Assembly: GCF_009914755.1 (NCBI RefSeq)
Contig: NC_060934.1
Strand: one strand, 5' to 3'
From: the human T2T-CHM13v2.0 reference genome, Homo sapiens
Length of the DNA stretch: 64,000 nucleotides
The notes below the pieces were generated by a model. It ran no database searches. It saw only the letters and a list, made by a program, of their open reading frames with translations, and was not told the DNA's origin. Positions 15,301 to 28,934 of this stretch are shown piece by piece. The first letter of the stretch is position 1. Each line of letters starts with the position of its first letter. The translations under genes were made by a program, and so were the position numbers.

Positions 15301-16335
15301 CTGTGTCTCGATTCCTGTCTCTACGGAGCAGGCACTGCTGTCCTATGCTTTGCCTTTCCTTTCCGGGTTTAAACACTGGCAAGGCATAGAGTGGGACTAG
15401 GAGAGGAGAACAGGCTCCTCCCCTCTGGAAGTATCCACCAAACACCACTCAGAGAGGCTCTGAGCACAGGGGCCTTCCCTGCAGCAAACCGAAACTGAAA
15501 CAAAACACCCCAGAAACCCATGCAAGCCCTGGGAGGCTGTGGGCTGATGGATGTCCTGGGCTCGAGTCCCAGCCCTGGCCCTGTTGGGGGCCGAACAAGC
15601 CTGGACTGACAGGCTTGGGCTCTCCTCTCTTCACCTGCCATGACTCCTGCTGCCAGGGACACCAAGGTACCTTTGCCCCCTCCGTGGCACCCTGAGAACC
15701 AGCTGCCCCGGGCAGCTGTCAGTACGGCCCCTGTCAGTGCCGGACCTTGCCTGGCCCAGGCCTGGCTGCATCCCCCTCACTGCGCTTGCTTTCCAGGTCC
15801 TGGGGCCTCCAGCTCGGCAGGGGGCAGTCAGATCCCCAACCAGACCCCAACCAACGCCCGCAGGCCTGGCCCTTCCACAAACTTGCCAGCGACCCGGGGA
15901 CCCTGGACCCCATGGTGACAGCAGGGCCTGCCTTCCCCACCAGCTGGCTGGGCTGTCCTGCCTGGACCCTGGACCCTGGCTCAGAACGTGGTTGTTGCTG
16001 GGCATCCCTGAGCTGAGAGCACCCTGCCCCACGGGCCTCCGAGGGCACGGGGACCCCAGCAGGGCTGGCCATTTATTCCCGCGCTGTGCCTGAAACGTGC
16101 AATTAACACAGGCTGGTTAATTACCCCGAGCAAGGAGACATTCTTCCACCACCAGGCAAACTGCTGGCCTGCAGCCCAAACCAACAGGGGGAAACTTCAG
16201 CCGCCTCGGCCCTCTCTCTGCCAGATGGAAATAACGTATAGCTGCAGCGGTGGGGGAGGAGGGAGGAACAAAAACCAGCTCGGCCCGGGGGCCAGACCGG
16301 AACCCCAGTGGACGGCCATTGGCCAGGGCACTCAC

Positions 16336-16467
16336 CGCTCTCGTTCTTCTCGATGACATCCACCACCTCCCCGGCCTGGAGGCTCAGCTCCGAGTTCTCC
16401 TGCTTCTTATAGTTGGACACCACCACGTACTGTTCCAGGATCATGGGCTCGGCGGTGGCGTCGGCAC
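16336..16467 (-). CDS. SH3PXD2A: SH3PXD2A 132-nt exon (probable exon 8), N-terminal part of first SH3 domain
   Basis: Minus strand reads ctcgccag|GTGCCGACG...GAGAGCG|gtgag. It encodes [43 protein letters not shown], with an SH3 ELS motif just before the GWW motif; phase 1-1. Confidence 0.97.
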
Positions 16468-16540
16468 CTGGCGAGGGCAGAAAGCACGCGGTGAGCCAGC
16501 GGCCAGCCATGGCCCCGCGGCCAGGGCGCCCCCTGTCCAT
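16468..16540 (-). CDS. SH3PXD2A: Putative alternative N-terminus [24 protein letters not shown], 5' extension of the SH3 exon (short isoform)
   Basis: Two in-frame ATGs (16540, and 16510 in strong context gccATGG), no stop before the exon, inside a CpG island. Confidence 0.6.
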
Positions 16541-17736
16541 CGGCCTCCTCGGGGGTGGCTGCTCTGTCGCCAGCGCCGCTCCCAGGGGCAGCCCGCAGCC
16601 GGGGCTCGCAGCTCACAGGGCGCCAAGGACAGGCCATATAGCAAGGCCCCAGACCGGCCCGCTGCACCGCGGGGTCCGGGGGACATGGGGAGCCAGGGGG
16701 CCGGGGAGGGGACGGGCAGGAGGAGGAGGAAAGAGAGAGGCAGAGCGGAGGCGGAGGCCAAGGAAGCTCAGAAAGAAGCCTTGTGCTGCGATGAGTTAGT
16801 CACAGCCCGGCATGAGGGAGCCTGCGGGGAGGCCTGGGGCCGACGGGGTCTCTCCGGCCTCCCTCTCGGGCCGGCAGGGGCATCGGGGAGGGCGGCGAGC
16901 CAGCGGGTGGGCGGCCCATGAGGGCTGAGGCCAGAGGCAAAGGAAAGGCAAGCAGGAGGCTCCAGCCTCTGCCCCCAACCCCTGCAAACCCGAGAGAAAA
17001 GGCAGCCCTGCTCCCTCGGGCGGGAGAGGGAGAGGAGAGAGCGGGAGAGAGCTTCTCCACGGCCCAGGCCCAGGCGAGGAGTCAAGAGGGTTTGAGGCCG
17101 CCAATCACTGGGGTTTACTCGCAACCCTTAAATAGAAACACATGAGACCCGTCGAATGAGGAGCCGGGGGTGGAGGCAGGGGAGGGGGAGGAGGCCTAGA
17201 CTGTTTACTTGAAACCCAAGAAGAAAGTCCCCGCGCCAGCGGCTGGCGAGCCCAGCCCGCCCCCCGCCAACTTTTCCTCAAGTTCGCTCCGTTCCTGCCC
17301 CTCGGGCTCACCCAGGCGCTGCCACCGAGCCCAGGCCGGGTACAGTCGGACCAGCCTCAGGCCTGCCCCCAGCCCTGCTTCCAGAGAGGGCCCTCTGGCT
17401 GCAGAGACTGACTCAGTTTCTCTCTGCCTTTCAGTGCCGGGGCTTGTGGTCAGGCCCCGGCAGTTTGAGGGGCTTGAGGGGTCAAAAGCTGGGTGCAGCA
17501 GAGGGAGGGCAGGTGGACTCCCAGGAGCAAGCAGCTTCTCTGTCCTCCTCAGCCACTGGACCAGCACGACATTTGCTAAGCAGGCACCAGGCAGGAAGGC
17601 AGACAGGCTGGGTGCCCTTTTAGCTTCCTAGCTGAGTGGCACTGGATGCTGCTTAAACCTCTGCACTTCAACTCTTCCCATCACCATTATTGGCGGGGGG
17701 GCGGGGGGGGGATAAGACACTTAAAATATGATGTGC

Positions 17737-18048
<312 letters not shown>

Positions 18049-18162
18049 TATGATGTGCTTTTAGCTAGGAGTGAAAAGGATCCACTAGCCAGAAATGGAC
18101 TAGTCACCTCCTACAGGAAGCCTTCTCAGACCACCCCCAGCCCAAAGGGAATTCCTAGTATA

Positions 18163-18453
18163 CTTTTGTTTTTTTTGAGACAGGGTCTTTGTTGCCCAGG
18201 CTGGAATGCAGTGGTGCAATCATGGCTTACTGCAGCCTTGACCTCCTGGATTCAAGCAATCCTCCCACCTCAGCCTCCCATGTAGCTGGGACCAAAGGCA
18301 CACACCACCATACCCGGCTAATTTTTTTATGTTTTGTAGAGCTGAGGTCTCACTTTGTTGCCCAGGCTGGTCTTGAACTCCTGGGCTCAAGTGATCCTCC
18401 CGCCTCAGTCTCTCAAAGTGCTGGGATTATAGGCATAGGCCACTGCGACTGGC
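18163..18453 (-). mobile_element. AluJ
   Basis: AluJ-type ctcctgggctcaagtgatcctcc and cagccttgacctcctgg. Confidence 0.9.
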
Positions 18454-19915
18454 ATAAACTATATGTCTGCCAATCTCCTTGAAGGCTAGGGGGCTTCATG
18501 TCACTAGCCTGGCTACAAAAATTGCTGAGGGTCTCCAAGTTCCACACAACCCCCTTGGTGCCTCAGCCTATAGCCACATTCCCCACACGCCTGAGTTTGA
18601 CTTGGCAAATGTGATGTGCCAGGCACATTAACCGCCCCATTTCATGCCCACAACATCCCCCTTATCTTCCATTTCACAAAAGACTAACCAGAGGCCCCTC
18701 TACAGCAGGCAAGAGACGACTCTAGCTCCCACAGCTGCTATGAAGAGCATCACATTCATTCAGTATGATTTTGTTCAGGCCCAAGCCCATCTGTCTTTCC
18801 ATTGCAGAATAACTGCCTCTGATTTGTTTCCATCAGTCTGGTTCTTCTAGCACAGTAATCCTCAACTTGGAAGCACAGAATCACCCAGGGAGCTTTTTAA
18901 AAGTACTGATGCTGGGCTCCAGAGAGACAGGTTTCTTTGGTCTGGGACTCAGGCATGAGTAGTTTTTGGACATCCCCCCTGTGTCCCTATGGTGCTTGTG
19001 TGCACCCAGGTGCAAGAAGCACTACTTAGATCTTTGGGTCCTTCTGTGGGGGGAGGCTCCCTCCAACCTAGGGCAGACGGCAATGGCCACAGAACTCTAG
19101 GAAATCCCAAAGGGAGGCCTCCTTCCAGGGAAAGAAACCCACTGCCCCCCGGCAGTTTTCTCCCATGAGGTGTGGGCCCTGCAGGCCCATCTCAGCCCTT
19201 TGGAGAAGCAGAAGGGACCCTGCACAGCTGAGTGTGCCACATACATTCGCACGTGCACAGTCCCGAGCAGCCCTGCTAAAGCCGGGATTGTATTTCAGGC
19301 AGAAATGCAACCAACAGCCGGGCAGTAGGGCCTGCCCCGCCTCTGTACTTAGGCATGCCAGCTTCTGTGCCTGCCCCTGCCAGCTGGGCAGAGGCAGCGC
19401 CGGGTGCTGCGCTGACGGACTACCTCCCACTGTGCCCCTAGGGGAACAGCAGTGCCTGTTCCATGCCTGGAGCCTCTGTGGCCAACAGCACTTCTTAAGC
19501 GCACCCGGCACAAAAAGGGCCATCCCTGCCCTACGAGAAATGGGGCCTCCTTTCCCAGTGTGGGGGCACTGGATGAGAAGAGTGGGAAAGAAAGGCTCCA
19601 GCAACAAACAAGAATAGAGAGTTCTGTGGCAGGTTAGAGAGCCCGCAAGGCCTGAGTATGGCCAGATCATAGCAATAGTGACAGCAAGCCTTCATCAGTG
19701 CTGACTTGGAGGCATCCAACAGCATCGAGCTGCCTCGTCCAATCCTCAGAGCAACCCCATGCAGTAGGTCCTGTGATGGCCCCGTTTCACGCATGGGCAA
19801 AGCAAGCCTCATGAGGGTAAGTGAATTCTCTAAGGTCACACAGCTGGGATTGAACCCAAGCCCACCTGACACCACTGCCTATGATCTTAACTTCTGCACT
19901 GTATGTGGCCTATAA

Positions 19916-20323
<408 letters not shown>

Positions 20324-23300
20324 TAGAGTATGGGTTTCTAGTTGACTCTTGCCACCTCTACTGACCAGACCACAGTGCCTGTTAGGTGGCAGGCACTCAA
20401 TAAGTGTGAAATGAACCAGTGAAACGCGTGAACTGGCAGAAAGATGAACAGAGGGACTCATTGGTTTGTGGTGTCAATATGAATACCTTGACTCTGATAT
20501 GGGAATATGGGAAAATGAGCCAAACTCGAAGGGAGAAAGGGGAGATGGGGAAACTGAGGTAAGGAGGAGAAAGAAGCCCCAGCTTTGTGGCCAGAAGATG
20601 CCTGGAGGACGAGCAGGAGGTGCTGGGGAGTGGACAGACATCAGCTCATTTTAATCCAAGCCAAGAAAATCTGAGGCAGGGTTTCAAAGCAGAGTTAAAT
20701 CCACACCCCCACACCCCTTCCCCCCACCACTTTCCTGGAAAATTGGCCTGACCTTCCTGAAGGCTGACTCTCTGGGACACAGGTAGAAAAGTTAAGGAAA
20801 TATTCTCTAGGCATTGGAAAGCACAGACAGGCTATGGCCTCTCTCAGGAGCTGCTCCAAAGGCTGTGGGATGGACACACGGACACTCTGTCCTTCTGGCT
20901 GCCCTTCCCTCCCGTTGCACAGGCAGGCTCCCAGCTCTTCCCTCTGGCAGCTGCCTCTTAGGGTGTTCCCTGGCCAGGGCAGCCGGGCGGGCGGGAGCTG
21001 CGAGCAGGTATCCAGATGAGAAACCACTTGCAGGCCAGGCAGGCAGTGGGCGGTGATGTCATCCCACAGAGGCCACTCTGGATCCCCTCTCAGCCAAGGC
21101 CTGCAGAACTAGGGGCTGGAGGAGTCTGCCTGAGTGGGGAGGGGGCAGTGGAGGGAGCCTGGTGTCTTTAGATGAGGAGTGCTTGGCAGGAGCATGGAGA
21201 AGGGGTGTACCTCTTCTAGACAGCAGAGCCTCTCCTGGGTTGGAAGGGGCCTTTGCATGAGTCTGATCCAGAGATGGACCCTTGTGCTTTATTACAGAGC
21301 CCCTGGCTGGACCTGCTGGGGTCCCAGGGGTCCCCTGGACCCCTGCCCCACCCTTGCCTCACATCTGCATTCCTTCAACTACCACCTGGATGGAACCCTG
21401 GCTGCCAACTTAAACTTCTCAACTGGGCTTTTGCCAAGTCAGTCCCATGCTCCAACGCCTTCCACGGCTCCCTCTTGCCTATAAAGGACAAATTCAAGCC
21501 CAGTCTTTCTTGCCAATCTGAGCTCCCCAAGTTCCTTGATCCCCGTCCCCCACACCACCATTCAATACATCATTCATGATTCAACACATGTATCGAGCAC
21601 CCACTAGGCGCCAACACCCAACACCACTGCTCCATGCAGCTTCTTACTTTCCAAGTCTGTGCTCTAGCTGCTGCCCCCTGCTGGAATGCTTTCCCTTCTC
21701 TCTACCAATCCCAGTTTCCCAATTCTCCCCAAGCATCTCTGTCCTCCAGGAGGCTCCTGATCACTCTTGTTCCCTCTTTTCTGTTCCCTCCTGGACTTTA
21801 TGTTGGGCATTGCTCCCCAACCAAAGTATGTGCCTTGGACAAGAGTCTCTCGACACTCCAGGACTGGTGCCTCAGGACATGACATGGGACATAGTAATTA
21901 CCTGAAATTCATGATGGAAATGCTTAGAATTAGAGTCCAAAGGTCTGAGGTCCAGTCCTGCTTTGCCCTTACTAGCTCTGAGATCCTGGGGAGGACACGT
22001 AACCTCTCTTGAGCTTTAGTGTCATCTGGAAACAGGAACAATAGCAGTTCCTACCTCATGGGAATTGTTCTGAGCACGGAATGAAGTGACGGGGCTTCAA
22101 GTCCTATGGAAATCATAGATGGTCATTTTAAAGCAAGTGGAGGGAATGGGAGATCTGAGGAGCAGCAAAGCTGTTGGTTCCTTCGTGGGCTCACCAGCAG
22201 GCAGCTCGGTGCCAGGGCTGCAGGTGCCAGGAGAAGGGTGGGGAAGGGAGGCCGGGGGCTGTGTCCCTGCAGCATGCCCCTCCCAGACCCTACCTTCAGC
22301 AGGTAACGGGTACTTGCCAGCTGGATTGAGAGGCAGCTCAGAGCCCCCTGGGCCTACTCTGGGGGGATGCCAGGCTAAGCAACCTGAGGCCCCTGATCTA
22401 TAAGGATCTCCAACATCAGCCCTTACCTCTGAGTTTCCTGTCTCATATCTCAAAGAACCCTCCAACCCTCCAGATGGAGAAACCAAGGCCCAGAGAGACT
22501 CTGGCCCTGGACTCGCAGTCTGGCTGGGTTTTCCCCCAGCCCACACTGCCTCCCCTGGGCCTCTCACTCCAAACAGCTGGGATCATCTTGAGACGTGGTT
22601 AAGTGTCCTCCCCAGGGTCACAGAGCTAGTAAGGCCCTGTGCTGGCCTCCACCCCAGGCTCCCCACGACTCCCCAACCCTGGGCATCCTACAAAAGTCCC
22701 TCTAGCCCCTTATAACTGGTTCCTCCCAGGCTGGACTGGGACTGCTGGCCCCTCCGCTATACGTTTGGTGAATAAAATGTATTGCTGTGGGCCAAGTGGG
22801 CTCTGGCTCACTGGCGTGTGGAGAGGGGAAAAAGGGACAGGAGCCCAGTGATTAGCTCAGGCCCAGGCCCTCGTCACAGGAAACTCCAGAAGGAGATTGC
22901 AACGCCCTCCGACCCACTGCCTTCTCTTCTCCTCTGGACTCCTCCCAACACGTTTACCTCCCATTCCCCGCCCACAGCTGCAGCAGTAGGGGCTGGGCTT
23001 TGGGCTCTAAACACTGGGGCTGGCCCAGCCCCACCACCCCACTCAGCTCCCACCCTTCTGCTTTGTCCCCTATTCCCCCAGCCTGAACCTCTGCTCTCAG
23101 GTTTGGGGCTAGAGGGTCAGGGTGTGTAACAGCCTCAAAAATGGAGGGGTCCCATAGAAGACCCTTCTGGAAATTCCATCCCTCCTCCGACCATCTCCAT
23201 CCAGGAGCTGAGAACCCTGCTGTCCGGGATTCTCTGCCATGGTCCCATAAGACTAAAGGTTGAAGGCAAGTCCCTGACCCCTGCCCAGCTCCTCCCAGAC

Positions 23301-23835
23301 ACAGGCCAAGGCCCTAGTCCCTGAGGGCCATCTCAGCCAGGCAGGCCAAGCTCTGGATTGCTGGGCATGGGGGCTGTGACCCACCCTCAGTCACAGTCAC
23401 AGAACTGCCCCACCCCCTGCCCCAAATCTGCAGCTCCCCAGTGAGATCACTGGAAATGAGGGTTGGGTGTCAGGGCCCGCTGCTCTCTGCCTCAGTTTAC
23501 CTGCCTAAAGTGAGATGAACCATCTTTGGCTGGGCTCTCTCACTGAGACGGCCAATTGAGATAAGGCTGAAGATGGCGAAAGCCCCACCACTGCCTGAGC
23601 ACTTTCTGTGTGCCAGGCTCCCCACGAGGTGGGATGGCTTCCCCTTAGGGAGGTTACACACCCCACCCAAGGCAGCATGGCCAGGACGTAGCAGAGCTGG
23701 AATTCAGACCCACACACCCTGGGTCCAGAGCACACGTGCTTACACGCTGAGCTACGTGGTCATCACTCAGCAAAGGGCCCCATGTTCAGATCTGACTGGG
23801 GAGGCAGAGGGCACAGCAAGTGGCAGACCCCCTGC

Positions 23836-23945
23836 CATGCTGGCAAACAGCTGCTGCACATCACAGGGAAGCATGCGCAGGGCCTGCAGGCACCGGCTCC
23901 CGCGCACACGGACCTGGAACACACATGCTCACACACATGCATGCA
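23836..23945 (-). promoter_or_regulatory. RBFOX-type (U)GCAUG intronic splicing enhancer cluster
   Basis: Gene strand: overlapping TGCATGCATG at +14 to +23 from the donor, plus GCATG at 23928-24, 23876-72 and 23840-36, interspersed with UG repeats. Confidence 0.7.
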
Positions 23946-24310
23946 CGCTGGGCAGTACCTGTCACGTCCTTCTTGGGCGACTCAGCCCAGCTGGACAGCC
24001 ACACTTCCGAGTCCCCGAGAGCAAGCGGCAGCAGGAGAGGAGAACCAGAGAGAGAACGGTTAGGCAGGCAGGAGGTCCACAGTGAGTGGCTGCAGGCGCC
24101 GCGCTCGGCCAGCCGCGGGCGGAAGGCGGAGGAGGGAGGAGAGTGATTTCCTGGCCCTGGGCTGGCTGTTGGGCGTGGGCCCGTGTGATTACAGAGGCGC
24201 TGGGACACAGCCGGCTGGGACAGGGATAATGAGGTGTCCGCCGAAATGCAGGACTCCTTCGGAGCACAGAGAATCCCACACGATCCTCCCTGGAACGGGG
24301 CCCGTGGTTA
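23880..24310. promoter_or_regulatory. Small CpG-rich region around the 45-nt exon
   Basis: Local CpG cluster (ggcgccgcgctcggccagccgcgggcggaaggcgg) in an otherwise CpG-poor intron. Confidence 0.55.
23959..24003 (-). CDS. SH3PXD2A: SH3PXD2A 45-nt symmetric exon (probable exon 7): VWLSSWAESPKKDVT(G)
   Basis: Minus strand reads ctcggaag|TGTGGCTGTCC...GACGTGACAG|gtactg; phase 1-1. The peptide is visible in ORF 23861..24208 and matches the TKS5 linker. Confidence 0.92.
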
Positions 24311-25189
24311 TCACAGCCCTGTACAAGGCAGCCTGACCCTTCCTTTCTGGCCATGTGGGTGGCTGGGTCCCACGGGGCCTGATGGTTGCAAGGATCCTCA
24401 AAGGCCAGCGGGCTCAGTGGCCTGGACCCAGAACCTCAAATGTCAGGGTTGGAGCACCCAGGACCCATCTCTAGGCCTGGGGGCACCACACCCACTAGAC
24501 CCTGATGTGTCATCCAGCCCTTACTGCAGCCCCACCCACTGAGGAAGACAGATCGGCCCCAGCAGAGCAGAGGGAGCATCGTTTTAGGGAGTCTTGCTCC
24601 CCAACCCCAATGCAGAAGGACAGGGACCTTGAGTGACCAGAAGAGATGAGGGCTCTACTCCAGGCTCAGACAGTGGTGTCCAATCTGGGCCTCAGTTTCC
24701 TCACCTGTGAAATGGGATTTAGAGTTGTCCTCCTGCCAAGAGGAAGGAGCAAAATCAAAGCAGCATAAAGAACTTATGATTGAGATGTGATACCATTAAC
24801 ATCTGAATGAGGCAGAAAGCTCTTGGTCTAATCAATGGTTTGCGTATTTCTAGAATAGAAGAGAAGAGGGCCACCATGTCAAAAGCATTGATGCAGTCGA
24901 ACTACAGTGACTCATTTAGTCCCCATGGCAACCCCATCAAGTGGGTAGGCATGTTTAGCCCCATTTTACCGGGGAGGACTCTCAGACATGGAACCAGGTC
25001 TGGTGGCATCCCCAGGCTGCTGCTTTCTCTGCTGGGCTGCTCATCACCTCCAAAGGAGCAGAGCACTGGCTGCAGTGGGGACAATTAAAAGGCAACGCTG
25101 AATTGCAGGTCTGAGAGACAAACTCTCGCACTGCCCACCAGGCGCTTGCCAGGAGAGCAGCCTGACCCATTCAGAGAGTACTGATAAAC

Positions 25190-25790
25190 AGCAGCAAACA
25201 CTTATACAGCATTTCCCCTTTGCCAAGCATCCTGCTGAGCACTTTGCATATAGTAACTGGTATTTTTCCCAACAAACCTACAACGATGAGTACTATTATC
25301 CCCTCCATTTTGCAGATGAAGAAGCTGAACCAGAGAGGTTAAATAACTTGCCCAAGATCACACAGCTAGTACAGCAGTGTCCATCTCTTGCAGGGACACA
25401 CACCTCAGCTAATCAGAGCTTGATGCTGCTCTCTATTTAAAGCACCTGACTCTTTCCCTCACTCAGCAAGCCACCTTCCAATTGCAGGTTGGCTCCCGGT
25501 GTAGAACTAGAAAGCCTGGCCCCCTTCTGGTTCTCATTGTAAATTAGCAGAGTGGGGCTTTGGTGGAGCGGTCTAGCAAGGCCTTTGGGGTCTGACTGCC
25601 TGGGTTCAAATATAGGCTCTGCTCCTTTGAAGAAGTGACTTACCCTCTCTGAGCCTGTTCCTGAACTTGTAAAAATCTGGATGATGTGATATACTTACCT
25701 TCTGGGTTGCTGTGAGAATTAAATTAGATAATATGTAATAGTGCCCAGTGCAGTGCCTACTACATAGTCAGTGCTTGATAATGGTTAGCC
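25190..25790. mobile_element. Two oppositely oriented MIRs (about 25190-25370 minus, 25560-25790 plus)
   Basis: MIR cores ccattttgcagatgaagaagctgaaccagagaggttaaataacttgcccaagatcacacagctagt and ctgggttcaaat...gttgctgtgagaattaaattagataat. Confidence 0.7.
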
Positions 25791-26539
25791 GCCACTGGCA
25801 GTAACTCCCATGAACGTGGTTAGCATAAGCCTGCCTCCCTGGGTTCAATCAGCTCTGGGGACACCCAGAAAATCATGCCCCCGGCCTGCAAGGACAAGAA
25901 CTAGACAGTGTTCAATACTGGATGCACCAAGAAAAAGCTGGCACCCTGTTAGAGATACTGCCCCACAGTCACTCTCAGACACCGGGTTATCTGGAATGGA
26001 AGGTAGAGGGACTCCAGGGGACCTCACCCAGAGACAAACAGGGCAAAATCTGAGGTTACAGCCCCTCCCCAGGTTCAGCAGTCAGCAGCCTCCTTGGGGA
26101 GCAGGAGCAATGCTGGCCCAGCTTTCAAGCCCTGGTAGGGCTGAGACAAGGTAGACACACCAAGGGCCTCCACAAGGATTTAAGCTGGTATGGCCAAGGA
26201 GGTCTGGGTTCAGAATGTGGGTGTTGCTGCCTGGTGCCCACATCTTGCTGAAGTTTCAACTCCCTGCTGCTGCATCCCAGAGATGTGGCCAAGTGGGCTG
26301 CCTGCTGCAAGGCCCTGAAATGCCCCTGAACAGGCCTAGCACCAGGCCCATCCCAGCGCCATCTGGCCCTCTCTCCATGCCACTCTCCACTTCAGTTTGC
26401 TTGACCACTTTGTCTACTTTGGGTTCCTTTTGGGTTCTTCATAAGGAGACCTGAAAGCACTAACCTCTTTCAGTGAGCCAAGGAAAGCTGTTTTGCCTGG
26501 GCCTGGAGAACCCAAGAAGACCTGCTTTGCTGGACAGGT

Positions 26540-26725
26540 GCTTGCAAAGGGCCAGAGAATAAACACTGTAGGCTTTGGGGGCCAGATGGTCTCTGTTGAG
26601 ACTACTCAACTCTATTCTTATAGTACAAAAGCAGCCACAGGCAATACATAAAAGAATGAGTGGGCTGTGTTCCAATAAAACTTTATTTATAAAACGAAAA
26701 GGGGGCCGGACATGGCCTGTGAGCA
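26540..26725 (+). mobile_element. MER58A-like hAT-Charlie MITE
   Basis: aaagggccaga...ggtctctgttgagactactcaactct...gggctgtgttccaataaaactttattta matches remembered MER58A. Confidence 0.75.
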
Positions 26726-27355
26726 GACAACCGGAGCTCATGCCTGTCCCCTTCAGTCCCCATAAGCAGGCCTTCCCGTATCTCTCCGTAAAGGAAAATG
26801 GGAAGCAGACCAGAAGTAAGCCTGTCTTTTTAAAAAGAAACCTCTCTCTAAAACATGATTTATTTCCCAGTCCCCTGACCTGCAGAATTAATCCAGTTCT
26901 GCTGCTCCCACTCAAAGTCCCTCCCCCTTCTCTCTAGCCCACCCTAGCAAGCTCTCGAGGGGTGGGAAGGACCCCTTCTCCCTCATTACAATGAACAGAG
27001 GAGAGCCCCTGGCTCACAAACCCTGGCCCTCCAGCCAGGAGGCAGACAAGGCTGTTGGCTAAGGGCTGGGAAGACGGGGAGTTGGAGAGACAGAGGGACA
27101 GGGGTGAAGGAGCAGTGGGGGGGAGGCGGGGGGCGCAGCCAAGTGAGCAGCTGTGACTGACATGAACCAACTGCTTCCTGCCTTCCTCCTGTCCCTGCCT
27201 TCATCTCCTCTGGTGATCCAGAACCAACGGCCCTACAGAGCAGGGTCACTGGCCTGCTAGAAAGTAAAGGGCATCAGACTGGAAACCTGCACCCTGGCTC
27301 TTGCTGAGAACACACTGTGTGGCCCTGGGCAAGTGGCTTAAAGACTCTGGGCTTC

Positions 27356-27649
<294 letters not shown>

Positions 27650-28630
27650 CTCCGGGCCTCAGTGCTCACATCTGTACAGTTAAGCATTTGGGCCTATTGC
27701 TCTTGTCTGATGGCCTGCCTGAGGCAGTTGTCTGACGTTCTAGACCTTCCCAGCAGAAAACTGGTAGTCTCCATAACACAAGGGGACCACAGCGGAAATG
27801 AATCTTTCCAGAGAAACGGACTGTCCTTCCTGGGAAAACCACTTGAATGCAGGCTCAATTGAGGCAACCCGAGTCCAAAATAGCAGATGATTCAGGAGGC
27901 ACAGAGGGCAGAGATCTGGAGCAAGAATAAAAGCAACCTTGGTTCTTGTGCTGGCTTTGCCACTTAGCTCGCTGACTCTGGGATAGCTAGGAAATCTCTG
28001 AACATCTGTTCCTTCTTCTGTAAACGGGGAAAAAACACCTGCCCTGCCTTCTTTGCAGGGTTAAGACTGAAATGGCCTAATGCCTGGGAAAGGTTTTGGA
28101 GGGCTGGGAATTAGGCCTCTGGACACAAAGAGGAGTAAGTGGTAGGGACAAAGCTGAAAGCAAAAGCAGTAGGTTCCTGGAAATGGCAGGTATGCCATGT
28201 CCCTCCCTCACACAGCCCATAGTGCTCATGTCCCTGCCATGGCTGTCCGTCCTGGCATTGCTCGCAATACCAGCAAGAAGCCAGGCCAGGAGAAAACCAG
28301 GGGCCTGGAGATTCCGGCCAAATACAGGGACCCAAAGGTACTTAGATGCTGAACCTGATTCTTGACAGGCCCAGGTGATGCTGAGAAACCAAAGAACAAC
28401 ACTGCAGGTGCCCCTGACTTTAAGGACAACCCACCCCATCCAGCACACATACATCCAAGGACTTCATAGGAACAACTGGATAGGCCTAGGTTAGGAGAGG
28501 GTCCTTGGCTGCTCTGAAGATGGTGAGTATCTCAACTGTTCCCAGTGAATTACACGTCAAACTTCTTCTTCCACTCTTTCTCCCCATCTCACTACTGCAC
28601 TCGACTGGTCTTAAAAATAATAATAATAAA

Positions 28631-28934
28631 GGCTGGGCATGGTGGCTCGCGTCTGTAATCCCAGCACTTTGGGAGACCACTGTGGGAGGATTGCTTAAGC
28701 CCAGGAGTTGGAGACCAGCCTGGGCAACATAGTGAGACCCCATGTCTACAAAAAATAAAAATCTAGCCAGGCGTGGTGGTGCCTACCTGTGGTCCCAGCT
28801 ACTCTGGAGGCTGAAGTGGGAGGATTGCTTGAGCCCAGGGAGGTCGAGGCTGCAGTGAGGCATGATCACGCCACTGCAATCCAGCCTGAGCAACAGAGTG
28901 AGACCCTGTCTCAAAATAAATAAGTATAAAATAA
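28631..28934 (+). mobile_element. AluJ
   Basis: gggaggattgcttgagcccagg motifs in both arms. Confidence 0.9.

Larger units (their letters stand above)
16250..17400. promoter_or_regulatory. Intragenic CpG island / probable internal promoter upstream of the SH3 exon
   Basis: CpG-dense. TATA-like TATAT on minus at 16640-16636, TTAGTCA near 16796, CCAAT 17101, TGTTTAC 17202-17208, and TGACTCA just outside at 17409-17415. Confidence 0.8.

Noticed and set aside
16250-17631. Several long overlapping GC-rich ORFs on both strands
   Set aside because: Expected from stop-codon scarcity in a CpG island; only the frame matching TKS5 is supported.
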